From positions 306,808 through 370,807 of the forward strand of contig NMRA01000451.1 in the NCBI GenBank assembly GCA_002633005.1: a DNA stretch of 64,000 nt, in the 5' to 3' direction. Below, piece by piece: positions 1 through 11,286 of the stretch. Position 1 is the stretch's first letter. Each line of letters opens with the position of its first letter. This stretch comes from Phoronis australis. Its lineage: Eukaryota > Animalia > Phoronida. The position numbers and the translations under genes are program-made. The notes under the pieces were generated by a model, which was not told the origin of the DNA, did not search any database, and was given only the letters and a program-made list of their open reading frames with translations.

Positions 1-285
1 CGGAAACAATCCGTTTGATGTTGCTTTGTAGTTTGGATCAATTGTGGCATCTTCCTAACATCTGTGTTTTGCAATTCAAGAAACTGGGATTCCTGCAATA
101 CAAAAACACTATTAATTCCTAGTAAAACCATTGTGTGGTTTTCACATCTTGGAGTATTTTTGTGAACTTTTAGCACGTCCTTTACTTATGTGAAAGTCTC
201 AAACTATGTGCACTTATTACTCTACAGCCTTTGCACTATAACACTCTTGACAGTCATATTTGAATATTACACTTCCTTGTTACAG

Positions 286-491
286 CTGCACCCTGACCGT
301 AACCCTGACGATCCTAATACACATTATAAATTTGTCCAACTCAATGAGGCCTACTCCATCTTGAGCAAGCCCAAGTCGAGGGGAGACTATGATATACAGT
401 TATGGATGCACCGCCAACAGAGGGCAGCACAAGCAGCTACTTCCTATTCCTATAGTAGCTCTCACAGGCCTGGTACAGGCTTTACATCTGA
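286..491 (+). CDS. DNAJC4: DNAJC4 exon, J-domain C-terminal half
   Basis: ttgttacag|CTGCACCCTGAC ... TCTGA|gtgagt. Confidence 0.9.
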
Positions 492-3400
492 GTGAGTTGA
501 TAAAATTTTGGTTTTGACAGTCATCACTAAATAGCAGAATCTCAAGTTTGCCAAGGTTTTCCAGCCCATAGTCAAAACTGTTGACTTAAGTGTGATCAAT
601 AGATCCAACTTACTTAAGTTTTTACAAAATGGTGCTTCAATCATGGTAAAAAGTCACCCAATTCTCATTAGTTCCAGCTTAGATTTTGATGAAGAGTACC
701 AAAATTGTGAGTTTGCTAACGTTTAATTTTAGGTCTGATTATGACGAACGAATCTTCTGGGATGAAACCGTGTTTCATATGCGCGATCGGTCAAAGGACA
801 AGAGTGACATAAAAGATGATGAGTACTATGGGATAAAGGGAATCAAGAAACTGTCCAACTCTGCCATAGTCTGGGCCTGTCTTATATTTGCCAGTGTTGG
901 TGCATTCCTTCAGTTTGGAATCTTAACGTAAGACATATTATTCATCTTCTTGTCAACTGTTTCCAGGCTGAGCTTTTGCAAATTGGCGGCTTCTCTTGCA
1001 TTCATTGTGCATAGTTTTCGCTACTATATGAGTTGAAAGAACAATCAGTACACACCCCTTATTGGGATTGCTTGTCACTTGGGAATGATGCCTAATACCC
1101 TGTTTGGATTTGGAGTTTTTATGAGAAGGAAGATCAGCTACTTAACATGACTGTTCACAAGGGCCTCCTATCACCCATCTTTCAAGTTATTAGCATAACA
1201 TTAGTATGTGAAGTGCTGAATATTTTAGTCAATCACATATGATCACGGGCGAACACGCTTCAGCTTTACCTTTGGATACATTAGAACATTCTCACAGAAA
1301 GAACACATATCTGCCATCTGGTTTGGGAAGTAACATGCTAGAACAGACAGCTGACGAGTGTTCGTGTGTAACAATTTTTCTTCAGATGCCCGATCTGCCT
1401 TCTGGTCGAAGAGTATGTGAACAGTGTATAAGGTCCGAGATGCTTGCTGTCAAAAATGAAGTAGTTGTTTTGCCAGATGAAAGCGTTCAGTTACTTTAAA
1501 GTTGCTGAACCCGAGTCTGGCGAATAAGGCGGCTTAAATTCAAATTAAACTGAATTTCCTGAAATGTTATATATCTACTAACGAATCATGATCTTTGATA
1601 CAGGCAAAAAAATCCCTAAAGTTGCTTGTCCTTGTAATCACTATCATTAAATGTGGATCTGTGGCTAGTATTAGAGAATGCAGGGACATATGACTTTGGG
1701 GATTTTGTGTACGTACCTGTATCATAGATCAGGATTCATTTCGACGTGTAAAATACTAAAATTTTGTTTTAATTTGAAGTTTAGCTGTCATATTTGCCAA
1801 ACGTGGGCATTAGCAACTTAAAGTAAATCAGTGAACTTGGATTTCTGCATATGCTGTGTCTTTTTGCCTTACTGTGAACAGTCAGTATATGGGAAGACAA
1901 TATGTTGTTGAGTAGCCCACAGTGCTGCTACAGCCTGCCCTCTGTTGTTATTTACAGGAGTTCTTCAAAGCATAGCATGAGTAGAATGAAGGAACATGAC
2001 ATAAAGGCTGGTCGCGCTCACAGGCAGGCTAGGGAACGAGCAAGGTAACAGTACTTTTAATTAGTATTGGCAAATATTTATGATCCCTACTTTTAACTAC
2101 TTTCTGTTCAGTTTTGGCACAGAGTTAATTTCATGAATTAGAAAAGCATCTAGTTGTTTCAAGTGCTAAGAAGTCATGCTAACTGTATCAAATGTTTTGA
2201 CATTGTCAGGTAGCACTTTGGATCCACTTTGAGACCAGAAAAAATTTGTTCTGGGAAAGGCAATGTCTTTTAAGGTCTAAATATTAATTCTTAACTAAAA
2301 TACTTTGGGGTTTGAAAACATTATCATGTTGCTGAAGTCACAGGCAATATGTACCCATGATGCCACTTTCAAATTTGCAATGTTAGTGTTTGCTAGATAG
2401 GTGGATTGGGTATAATTTGGATACAGACTTTGTTTGGATGTGGTATAAAAATGTTTCATGTTTTAAGCCCTCCTTTGATAGGTAAATGAAGGGTGTACAA
2501 TTCTAGCTCTACATATAAATGTGGATATCATTTTTTCAATTTGTCCAGGTATAGATATCACCCCAGATTTGGAAGCTTGTTTACACCCTTAACCCTAAAA
2601 TGAGTTCCCACTCTAGTCACTTTAACTGCTCCACCTTTTTCTTATATTTTCCTACTTTTTAAATATTTTTATGGACTGTCTGGCTTAGGTTCTTCTGTTT
2701 TTGTGGAAAGTTGTTTGGAGAACAATAGTAATGAGGAAAGCAGGTTTATTCATCTTGGAATTAGATTTAAAAACAGTGACTCCTCAACAGATTTGCTCCA
2801 AGTTTGGTCATTGTTGTAAAGTCTTGATTACTATCTAGGTTCCTCTTGCTGAGGGAAGTAAAGCAGACAGTCTCCGATTCATGTCCCAGTAAAGAGAAAA
2901 ATCTGTTAAGATTTGAGATCATAATATCAGGTTGTGGTAGAGGATAATCATATTGCTCACTTTTTGGACTATTTTTAGAACTATTGTTGTCATTGGTTAT
3001 TGCGCAGGTTACATGGAAATCAACTACAGCTCGAGTTGTTGAGAAAACGGGCAATAGCCCAGGCTAGTACACAGTCAGACTCCAGGTATGTTGTGATTGA
3101 GTGGTGGACAGGCTGTATTGACCATGTCCTATGCTACTGTGATATATTTGTGATATTATGGACTTCTGCATGCATTAAAACACTCTGTTAATTTAACAAC
3201 GTGAGTGTGTAATGTGCACCCAAATCACCATCTCTCATTTAGATAGTATTCGCCGTTGTCATGCTATTTGATGCAGGCCACTCTGTTTCCTGGCCACAAG
3301 GAAATGGAGAAATGGTGCAAAAACAAGGAACTTCAATCCGTGAAATTGTTTAAATTGTGTTTTGAACATTCTTTTGGAACACACTAACTACTTACACAAC

Positions 3401-3708
3401 TAATTCAAGGAATGTAGCTTCATTCCTTTATAAGAATGAGTAGCATTGTTTAAGCTGTCACGCAAAGGCTTTCTAGTGTGCTTTCACTTTTGAGTCGAAT
3501 GTACAACAACAGCCAGAATTGAGTTATTTTGCATCCATACTTATGAGGAAAATCCTTGGCCACTCCATTGGCATGATGTGAACGGCCTCGCCCAACTTCA
3601 TTTCAGTATTATGACATTAATAGTTTCTTATTGCTGTTGTACATGAAACACGTTCTTGCTTCAAAACCGTATTTAATGATCGTACATAAATTTTTCTATT
3701 TCAGATGA
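286..3708 (+). CDS. DNAJC4: DnaJ homolog subfamily C member 4 (DnaJ-60-like), 3' portion; exons 286-491, 733-927, 1958-2044, 3008-3085, 3705-3708
   Basis: J-domain HPD motif (LHPDRNPDDP..FVQLNEAYSILS..R.DYD), then YYGIKGIKKLSN, a hydrophobic TM segment and ARERARLHGNQLQLELLR. All junctions are GT-AG and phase-compatible. The 5' exon(s) lie outside the window. Confidence 0.88.
733..927 (+). CDS. DNAJC4: DNAJC4 exon, including TM helix AIVWACLIFASVGAFLQFGIL
   Basis: ttttag|GTCT ... TTAAC|gtaaga; phase 2-2. Confidence 0.88.
1958..2044 (+). CDS. DNAJC4: DNAJC4 exon (SSSKHSMSRMKEHDIKAGRAHRQARERAR)
   Basis: tttacag|GAG ... CAAG|gtaaca; phase 2-2, open frame. Confidence 0.8.
3008..3085 (+). CDS. 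DNAJC4: DNAJC4 exon (LHGNQLQLELLRKRAIAQASTQSDS)
   Basis: tgcgcag|GTT ... CCAG|gtatgt; phase 2-2. Confidence 0.8.
3705..3708 (+). CDS. DNAJC4: DNAJC4 probable last coding exon (1 nt + TGA), followed by 3' UTR
   Basis: tttttctatttcag|ATGA completes AGA then stop; AATAAA at 4997 and 5525. Confidence 0.55.
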
Positions 3709-3896
3709 CATTGGTGGCCCGTTTAGCAAGTGAATGGTGTGGGACTACTTGTTGGTGTAGGATTGCATTGTGAACTTTGTTAATAACAGAGATTTTTGGT
3801 GGATGTGTGTGATCATGACTTAAACAGAATTTTAGCTTTGAAACCTTGTGTTATATCAACATAGTTAACATCCATCTAGGTATTTTCGTCAGATTG

Positions 3897-4054
3897 CAGT
3901 GGTGGATTTAGGGATGGCAAAGGGGGCCATGCCCCCCCCCCAAAAAAAATTCTCCCATTTTCCATTTGACAGTTTGGGGGTGTGAATGTCTGACGGGCAA
4001 AATCCTGGTTAGTACTTTGCTCTGGCCCCCCTCAAAATCCTGGATCCACCTCTG
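3897..4054. mobile_element. hAT-like MITE family A, copy 1
   Basis: CAGTGGTGGAT...ATCCACCTCTG termini; near-identical body at 27795 and 29211; flanks gattg/ggttg. Confidence 0.75.
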
Positions 4055-6339
4055 GGTTGTATGTCAAGTTTTATTTTGAACTGGTTCTGTCATAACTTGG
4101 TTGCAGATTCTTGTTTCGTTTATTGGTAAATGAAATGAAGTCAGGATACTTTCAGTAGCAAGCAAAGTTTGACACTCCATGAGTGACGTTTTAGCTATTG
4201 ATGATGACTAGAGTTGATTACTCTCCTACCTCTGTCTAGGAGTAAAGTTTGGTGCATGAAAATGTAATATGACAGGCTTGTAGTGTATGACAGAAAGGTA
4301 TCTGTAAGAGCTAGTTCTGGTGGGACGATTGTGCCTAAATTAGTCGCTGCAAAAAAATTTAATTTTGTATGTGAAATGGCCAGTGTTCCAATTGGTGTTG
4401 GCTTTTGAAGGCGAATCACTTACAAGGAAATATGTATTCACTGAAGTTTACGTTTGTAGTAAGGCATGCAAAAGCAATGACCCAAGCCACTTTTTGTTGA
4501 CAACAGATGGCTCTGCCTCTCCGTGTTATATGTTTGGTTACTGATAACCAGTTCACTTGTACCGAAATCATTAATTTCTAGATTTTACTAGTCTTGAAAT
4601 CGTTATGCTTTGAGCTGTGAGAAGTACTATAGGTAGTACCTGATGAACAACATAGCTGAAGTAGCATATGCTATGAGCCCCGTGGTTTTTTGGGGCCCCG
4701 TGCTTACAGCATTTTGGAGGCACCAAAATCATAAACGTATACGCCTATATTAGAACTGGCCTCAAGTGATACAAACTCCATATGGAAAGTTTGTGTTGGG
4801 GCACCACCATTTTCAATACTTGTTGGGTCAAGGGTGCCAGTTAATGATGTTCAAAGAATTGTAAGTGTTGTAGTGCTGCTCAATGCTTAAGTGTGCAGAC
4901 ACAAAAAAGCTGGCCCTCAAGAATGTAGAGACCCAAGGCGCCAGGAATCCATTGAATTTACAGTTTGATTGAGGTTGTTGAGATATTGAGCAACAAAATA
5001 AATTTGCAAAACTTGAATTTGCACGAAATCCATTTATTCATGACAAAGGTAGCTTTTTTGATATGGTAATTGGCACAAGCGTGGGCCCTGATTGGCGGTG
5101 TGTGAATTATCTTGAAATCGCCGAAGCCGATCAACTGCTACCGTTGCCCACTGCAGTGGGCACACTGTCTCATCATGCCTGTAGAATCCATCTCAATTTC
5201 TTTCTGTCTCAAAAGTGAAAATTCCTCATGTTTTGCTTTTCCTTTGAGATAGTTTTTGTATGAGTATATGAGTAGGGGCCCCCGCACTTGGACTGGTGCT
5301 ATGACACCGCAAATGCTTAATCCGCCACTGAGTGTAGGCCAGTGTTGGCCATGATGCAGCTTGCTGAAGTTTTCATGAGATAAATTGTGAAGTGTGGTGG
5401 ACAGTGGACTGACCAATACTGAGATATTTAAGGTTTCAGCCTGAGAGTAACTTAAAACACGTGATAATAGGCATATAAGATTTTATTGAAAGGTGTTCAT
5501 GTATCCCGTATTGGTCGACATTGAAATAAACACAAAAATTTATAGTAGTGTCTCCATTTGACAGTACACAGAGATCAGTTCACACGGTGCAGATAAAGAC
5601 TCGTACATAGAATCTGTCACCTCCTGCCGGTGACAGTAGAAATTAGCTGAGTGTCCATCAAAAATATTTGTAAAATCCTTTTGTCTCGTCATTTGCATTT
5701 CAACAGTGACGAAATGGTCGAAAATAATGTGCACATTTTCGCGGAATGTGGCGCCGTCTATTGGTCACAGTATTCAGTCACTTCTTCCTAGGTCAAGTGG
5801 CCAACTGTAAGAAGAAATCGATGTGAGGTATTGAGACAGATATCGTATTTTTGTCTATGTCTTATAATTTCTATTTTCCCATTGCAAAAATTTCACCGGG
5901 GTTGGAGGTCAAATATTCCAGTGAATTCATCAGACAAGCCGGCTGATTTTCATTCAAGGGATACTTAACATCCATATAGATGGGATGAACTAGACGTGTC
6001 GCACACGTGCGTAGGTCTTTCACCACGTCCAGATTCCCTATGACTTAAGAGGTGCCTTTTTCGATTTAAATCGTAAAAGGATTAAAAACTTAAGGAAGGG
6101 GTCTCGTAAGATATTTACCATGGAACGTCCTTGTAGTGGTTTCTTATCATGTTCAGGTTCGTTGGATTACAAATACTTAGTCTTGTAGGGATTAAACCGG
6201 TGCACCATGTCCAAATACGACGAGTCACCGTAAGCTGATTTGATTAGACACTTCCTACAAACGTGCTAATCTTAATGCCAACGTTTTAAAGCCACTACAA
6301 TTGTGAACCATGCTTTGGTGTTAAAACGCCAACTTTCTT

Positions 6340-6524
6340 TCTCCATGATAGCAAGTAACAGCATATGTTCACGAAAACAACAACGGATTTAAAACTGTAT
6401 CTGTGCTTCATTACTTGTTGCTGGGCCTAGCTAGGTGGCCACTTTATTATGACTTCTGAGGATGGTGTTTAATAAATGACACCGAAACATGTCAAGTTTA
6501 AATCCGTTGTTGTTTTCGTGAACA
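6340..6524 (+). mobile_element. Penelope-like element remnant with inverted pLTR piece
   Basis: Perfect 28-bp inverted repeat (6366-6393/6497-6524); same family as 40399-40783; contains a hammerhead motif. Confidence 0.75.
6451..6498 (+). ncRNA. Minimal type I hammerhead ribozyme (intact core)
   Basis: gactt-CTGAGGA-t-ggtgt(loop)acacc-GAAAC-at-GTC-aagtt: stems I and II, palindromic ACATGT stem III, GUC cleavage triplet at 6491-6493. Confidence 0.75.
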
Positions 6525-7179
6525 ACTTTCTTTACAAGCTCATTTGCTCTTCTAAAGCAAGGTCGTCGCGTTCTTATTCGACTGAGTTTGAATTGAAATT
6601 GTTACAGTAATGCCTGGAATTTCCCTGCCTGCCATCCTGCCTTGGCCACTGAAACTAACCCGCCGTGTGAAGCAATTAAGGGAGCCTAATGCGCGTCCAA
6701 AGTGATAACGCAGTGTCAGCTCTTCTCAAGTTTAAAAACGATTTCTATGAGTAAGGAATCAGATGGCACCAATCTAATAACTGAGTGACCTAAATCAAAA
6801 ATTGTTTTTCACACTAACTGTGGGTTTTTCGTCCCCGGTATATTGTCGGTCGGGGTACTTATCTTGCTGACTTTCTTCAAGGTTCGGGTGGGACTCTCCG
6901 TCAAACAGTAGCAACAACCTCTGAAGCTGACAAAGACAAACTGGCCATGTTACAGAGAACTCTACCAAGTTGTCGGTCAACCGAGATACACAAGGGTGGA
7001 CATCAAGTGACCGAGATTTCTATAGCAGCCATTCCACCAGCTGTTCAATCGCGCCGAAATCATCTTCGGTAGAACGAACTGTCAGTTCTTTGCAAGACCA
7101 AAAAATCACGTTTCATCGAAGTAAGGAACAAATTGAGACCAATTATATAGCGCAAAGTGGTCTAAATCCTTACTTACGG

Positions 7180-7777
7180 TCACCCCTTGCGTACAATCAC
7201 AAGACTAAGATCGAGCTCGGAGAAGCAGGAGAACCCTTTGTACAATTCCCGATTGTCCGCAAGTCATAACCAGGTTTTGAACCTGGGTCTCCCTCACAGG
7301 AGTCGGTGGCCGGTTGCATGAAACGTCCCTATTAGGGATTCAACTAAGTTCGCTAAATGTTAGGCATATTTGTTTCGTCCATAACTCACATGTGTAATGT
7401 TCTGCTATCATGTTACCCTTGTTACGAGGTCCTCTTTGACTAATGACATTTTCTAATAAAATATTATAACTGAGCCCTTATTTCAGTCAAAACAATTAGG
7501 GACATAGTCCTTAAATTAGGGGCGTTGCATGAAAATATCCTTGTTTATTTTCAACAATATTGGGAATTCGACGTAGAGTTCACTCTCGATTTGTATCAAA
7601 GCCAAAAATTTGCCTAGTGATGAGACTCAAACAGCAGAAGAAATGACAATCAGTGTTTTCACAAGCCCACAAATACACAGTAGATTTAGGGAAGTTGGAC
7701 GAGTCCCTATATGGGACTGTTCCATGCAACCGGGCACTCAGTGGTGCTCAAACCACTGAGCTACACTGTCTTCTTGA
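7180..7777 (-). mobile_element. tRNA-derived SINE interrupted by a MITE
   Basis: Minus strand A-box TAGCTCAGTGG (about 7755-7765) and B-box-like GGTTCAAAACC (about 7273-7283), separated by an insertion. Confidence 0.55.
7307..7736. mobile_element. MITE, possibly PIF/Harbinger-like
   Basis: TIR TGGCCGGTTGCATGAAAC / GTTCCATGCAACCGGGCA plus sub-terminal GTCCCTA..GGGA palindromes. Confidence 0.6.
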
Positions 7778-8037
7778 AAGCGAAATTACAAAATTTGTAA
7801 CCGTTTGAGTTCTTTCGGCTCAAACACTGCGCAAATTTTCGACACCGATCCTTGTTTTAGTGAAATCCTCATTACTGAAGGCGACATTAATGTTGTTCCC
7901 GTTTTCTTTGCGTAAGGTGTTAGTTTTGAGAAGTAGAAGACATTTAGACAAAAGAAAAATGAGTTATTTTAACACATGAACACGTGAAAAACATGGAAAG
8001 GAATAAGGAAGACAGACAGATTATAAATAAAGTGATC

Positions 8038-8043
8038 TTTATT
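8038..8043 (-). terminator. Candidate SMOC polyadenylation signal
   Basis: AATAAA on the minus strand followed by a U/GU-rich tract; would give a 3' UTR of about 3 kb. Confidence 0.35.
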
Positions 8044-8428
8044 AAAATACAATAATTTACAGTACAAATGTTAATAAGAAGTCACGCAGTGAAAGGTACG
8101 CAAGTCACTCAGGCGGTATGTTTTCAAAGATTAAACTGTACAATGACTTTCAATACTCATTTGCGCGGACCTTAGCGCGTGCACTCTGAGCGTGCTGACA
8201 CGCAGCTTGTGATCGCATTTGTATAACCATAAGACGATTGTCGACTGGTTTGCATTAAAAATGACCGTTTTGTGACCCCAAAACATATCTTTGTTCAATC
8301 AGGGCATCTTGTGGAAGTTTGGGTATAAAAATAGTAGGTGACTGACCGAACTAGAGATCGAAAGTCCAAACGAAGCCTCCGTTCATGAATTACTTAGTGG
8401 AGATAATAACATAATAACATAATAAAAC

Positions 8429-8521
8429 AATTATTGACTTATACACTCGACTCCGCCTAGACCAATATCACAATTTCGAGGTCTGAAAACCAACACATTG
8501 GCCTCGGTGAAGTCAATAATT
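8429..8521. repeat. Short inverted-repeat element
   Basis: AATTATTGACTT ... AAGTCAATAATT terminal inverted repeat. Confidence 0.45.
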
Positions 8522-9169
8522 ATAAAGATACGTTATGACCCACTCATTTCGAAACAATGAGGTTCGTGCGAGGGGCATCTTTTTTAAAAACAGTGTTTAA
8601 AGGGTGGCCTAAACTGTTTCATAATAATAAGTTTTATAAATGACATAAAAGAAATGGCGATTTTTTTCTTCCAGTTTTCTGACCTAGTCGCCAAAAGGAA
8701 AGTTGATACAAATGTTAAATTTTGTACGTCGATTATATACCGATGAGGAAATTTAGCGTTCGTGTTCAAAGTGAGTGTGGCAACAGTGTCGTAACGGGTG
8801 ACCGTCCCAGCAGAGTCAAAGTTGGTTTTTCTTTTTCCTACTGACTCTGCACCGGGATTCTGTATTTACTCGTGGGTTTGAAAATTCCCGTCACTAAATT
8901 GTTTTGCGACACCCAAATGTGACGTGACCGCTTTCTAACTAGTAATCTGCGCGCAGAAATATTAGTTTGATCAACTGGGACCGGCAAAGTGGCATAAACA
9001 ACTGACCGTCTGCTCCTTGTGAAAACAATGATTAACAACAATAGCCAAGTGACGTTTCTATCGGATGATGCCACTGCTGGTAACTGGCTTGTAATTTTCA
9101 TGCAGCAGAAACCAAAACAATGTTACATGGACGCAATTATTACTACAGGTCAGGGACAATAGAGAGTAG

Positions 9170-9302
9170 ACTTCAATAACGCTAGTACCTCTTGTCAGAA
9201 AAACAAGGTCTCTTGAGATTCCGCGAGATATTGGCGTGCATTTTCAATGAGAGCTTGTGGTTTTGGGCTAGAATTTTCTCCCCGCGAGACAGCTATTAAA
9301 CT
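9170..9302. mobile_element. MITE family B (CGCGAGA-core), diverged copy
   Basis: Similar along its length to 41976-42110. Confidence 0.55.
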
Positions 9303-11082
9303 TGCTGAGATATACCTAGCAGTATAAATGTGGATAGACTAGAAGTAGGTACACAAATAAGCAAGAAATGTTAGAGTCTGACAGAAGATAAACAGAGGAA
9401 AAATATGAAAACTTGTCAGACTGTTACAATAAAAGTGAAATGAATAAAAGATTTCTCTTTAGTGTTCGTAACCTTTTTCTATTATAAAGCATTAAGATAT
9501 AAGTGCATGTAGTGCCATTTTCCACTCACAGCAAGAAATACGTTATCTGCTCAAAAGCGTCTGGGTGAAAAGAGAAATCTTTGCAGACATTTTATTAGAT
9601 AGAAGATGTGATGTTCACAATAGAGAATTCGTTTTTTAGAAAAATGAAAAAACTCCATGTACGAGTACCAGGGAAAGTTTCCCAATGACTGCACCTGATT
9701 AACACTGACTAAGAAATCAGATTGGTTTGTACGCCGGGAATCGTCGTGGAGAACGAATCACGTGTCTTAGCCATTGAACAAGAAAATCAAGTGTTGCCAT
9801 TATGCCACGTTCACGCAACGCGACATCCTTACTTTTGCCGATCTGCGCATGTCTGCACACATTTCCGGTCTATTGAGAAGGTCTACAATAAACCCAGGGC
9901 TGCACTCCGCAGACGCAAAACAATAAAGCGTTATCTGACGAAGATCTGCGTGATCTTGCTTTACCTCAAGCAGTTTTCGTCTACGGAACGCAGCGCAGGT
10001 GACGTGTTTAAATGCAGGTAACAATGCAGTCACGCTTGATCATTTGACATTGAATTTTTGTCCAATTGGTTTTCAAAAACCCTAATATGAAGTTAGAAAA
10101 ACGACAGACTGAAGAAATTAGTAACAGCATGAGAAAATGTGCCAATGATGCAGATACGTCGTTTCATTAGCGGGTCAACAGTCACCAATCGCGTTCACGC
10201 ACATCTCCAGAATTGATTGGAGTACTACCCCTTGAGATACGTACTAAATGGATTTTTCCCCTTCATTTTGTGTCGCAGCGGTAAACCAGCAGCTGGCTCT
10301 GAAAGGCAACAATTGCAAAGTTAGGCATGCCCGGCGTCTGATTAGTGTTCATTATATTCTTAAGAAAATAGCACTACTGTATGGAGGTGTAGTGTTTGTT
10401 GCCGTTTTAATTTCAAGAAAAGGCCAGGGAATATCCCTTCAGGGTGATTTTTCTGTAGTTTTTTATTATCAAATTAAATAGTTGTTCCAAAAGAACAGGC
10501 ACTGGGTGCTGCTCTTATAGAATAAGGACGCACAATTTCTACAAATAAAAATGAAGTCAAAACAAATCACAGAAATCACTTTGCATTCATGAGAGGTAGT
10601 CACCGACTCGCAAGCTAACGGTAGCGAGACAGGCTGTTCATTGTCAAACAGTTAGTTTTATAGCCACCCGTTTATTAGCGGACTCACAAAGAACGTTTTA
10701 AAACCAGGATACCTGGAAACAATGAGTCCTACCGGACTTAGTAACTATCGGTACTTTTTGAAAATTTCCGAAAGATCGTCACAGGAAACTCCTATTTTAT
10801 TTGGAGGAACTTATTCAAAAGTTTACTTAGCTTTGATAAAAAGTAAAGAAACTGTTTCTGTGTCAAACTCCATGTTCTTACAAGGTTCAGAGGACGCCAC
10901 CCACTAATTTGAAATCAAATAGTGTGGTCATCCGGAACCTTTCGTTTAAGAAGACTCGAAAAATGTGACAAATCATTGCTGTTGTCCACCAAGATACAAA
11001 AAACACAGTTCATCAAAAGCGTTGGACTTGTGCCTCCCACTCTATATGGTTATGTTGCGTGACATTGACAACTCTGATCACA

Positions 11083-11286
11083 TCAAGTAAACGAATGGTG
11101 TACGTCATTACCGTCTCCTATTACATCGTCGTCCTTCAACCCCATACACTTCACCAGTTCATCAGCGGTTATTTTCTTGTTTCTATCCGCGTCACAGTAA
11201 TTCACAAAGTTTCTTCCACATTTCCTTAGCTTTTTGTGTTTCCTTATTTCCTTCTTGAATCGTTTCCTCTCTTTTTTGTCTATAAC
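11083..11286 (-). CDS. SMOC: SMOC EC domain 2, last coding exon
   Basis: VIDKKERKRFKKEIRKHKKLRKCGRNFVNYCDADRNKKITADELVKCMG; basic patch resembling the SMOC heparin-binding site; TGA at 11085-11083. Confidence 0.9.
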   Translation of the reverse strand, partial: VIDKKERKRFKKEIRKHKKLRKCGRNFVNYCDADRNKKITADELVKCMGLKDDDVIGDGNDVHHSFT

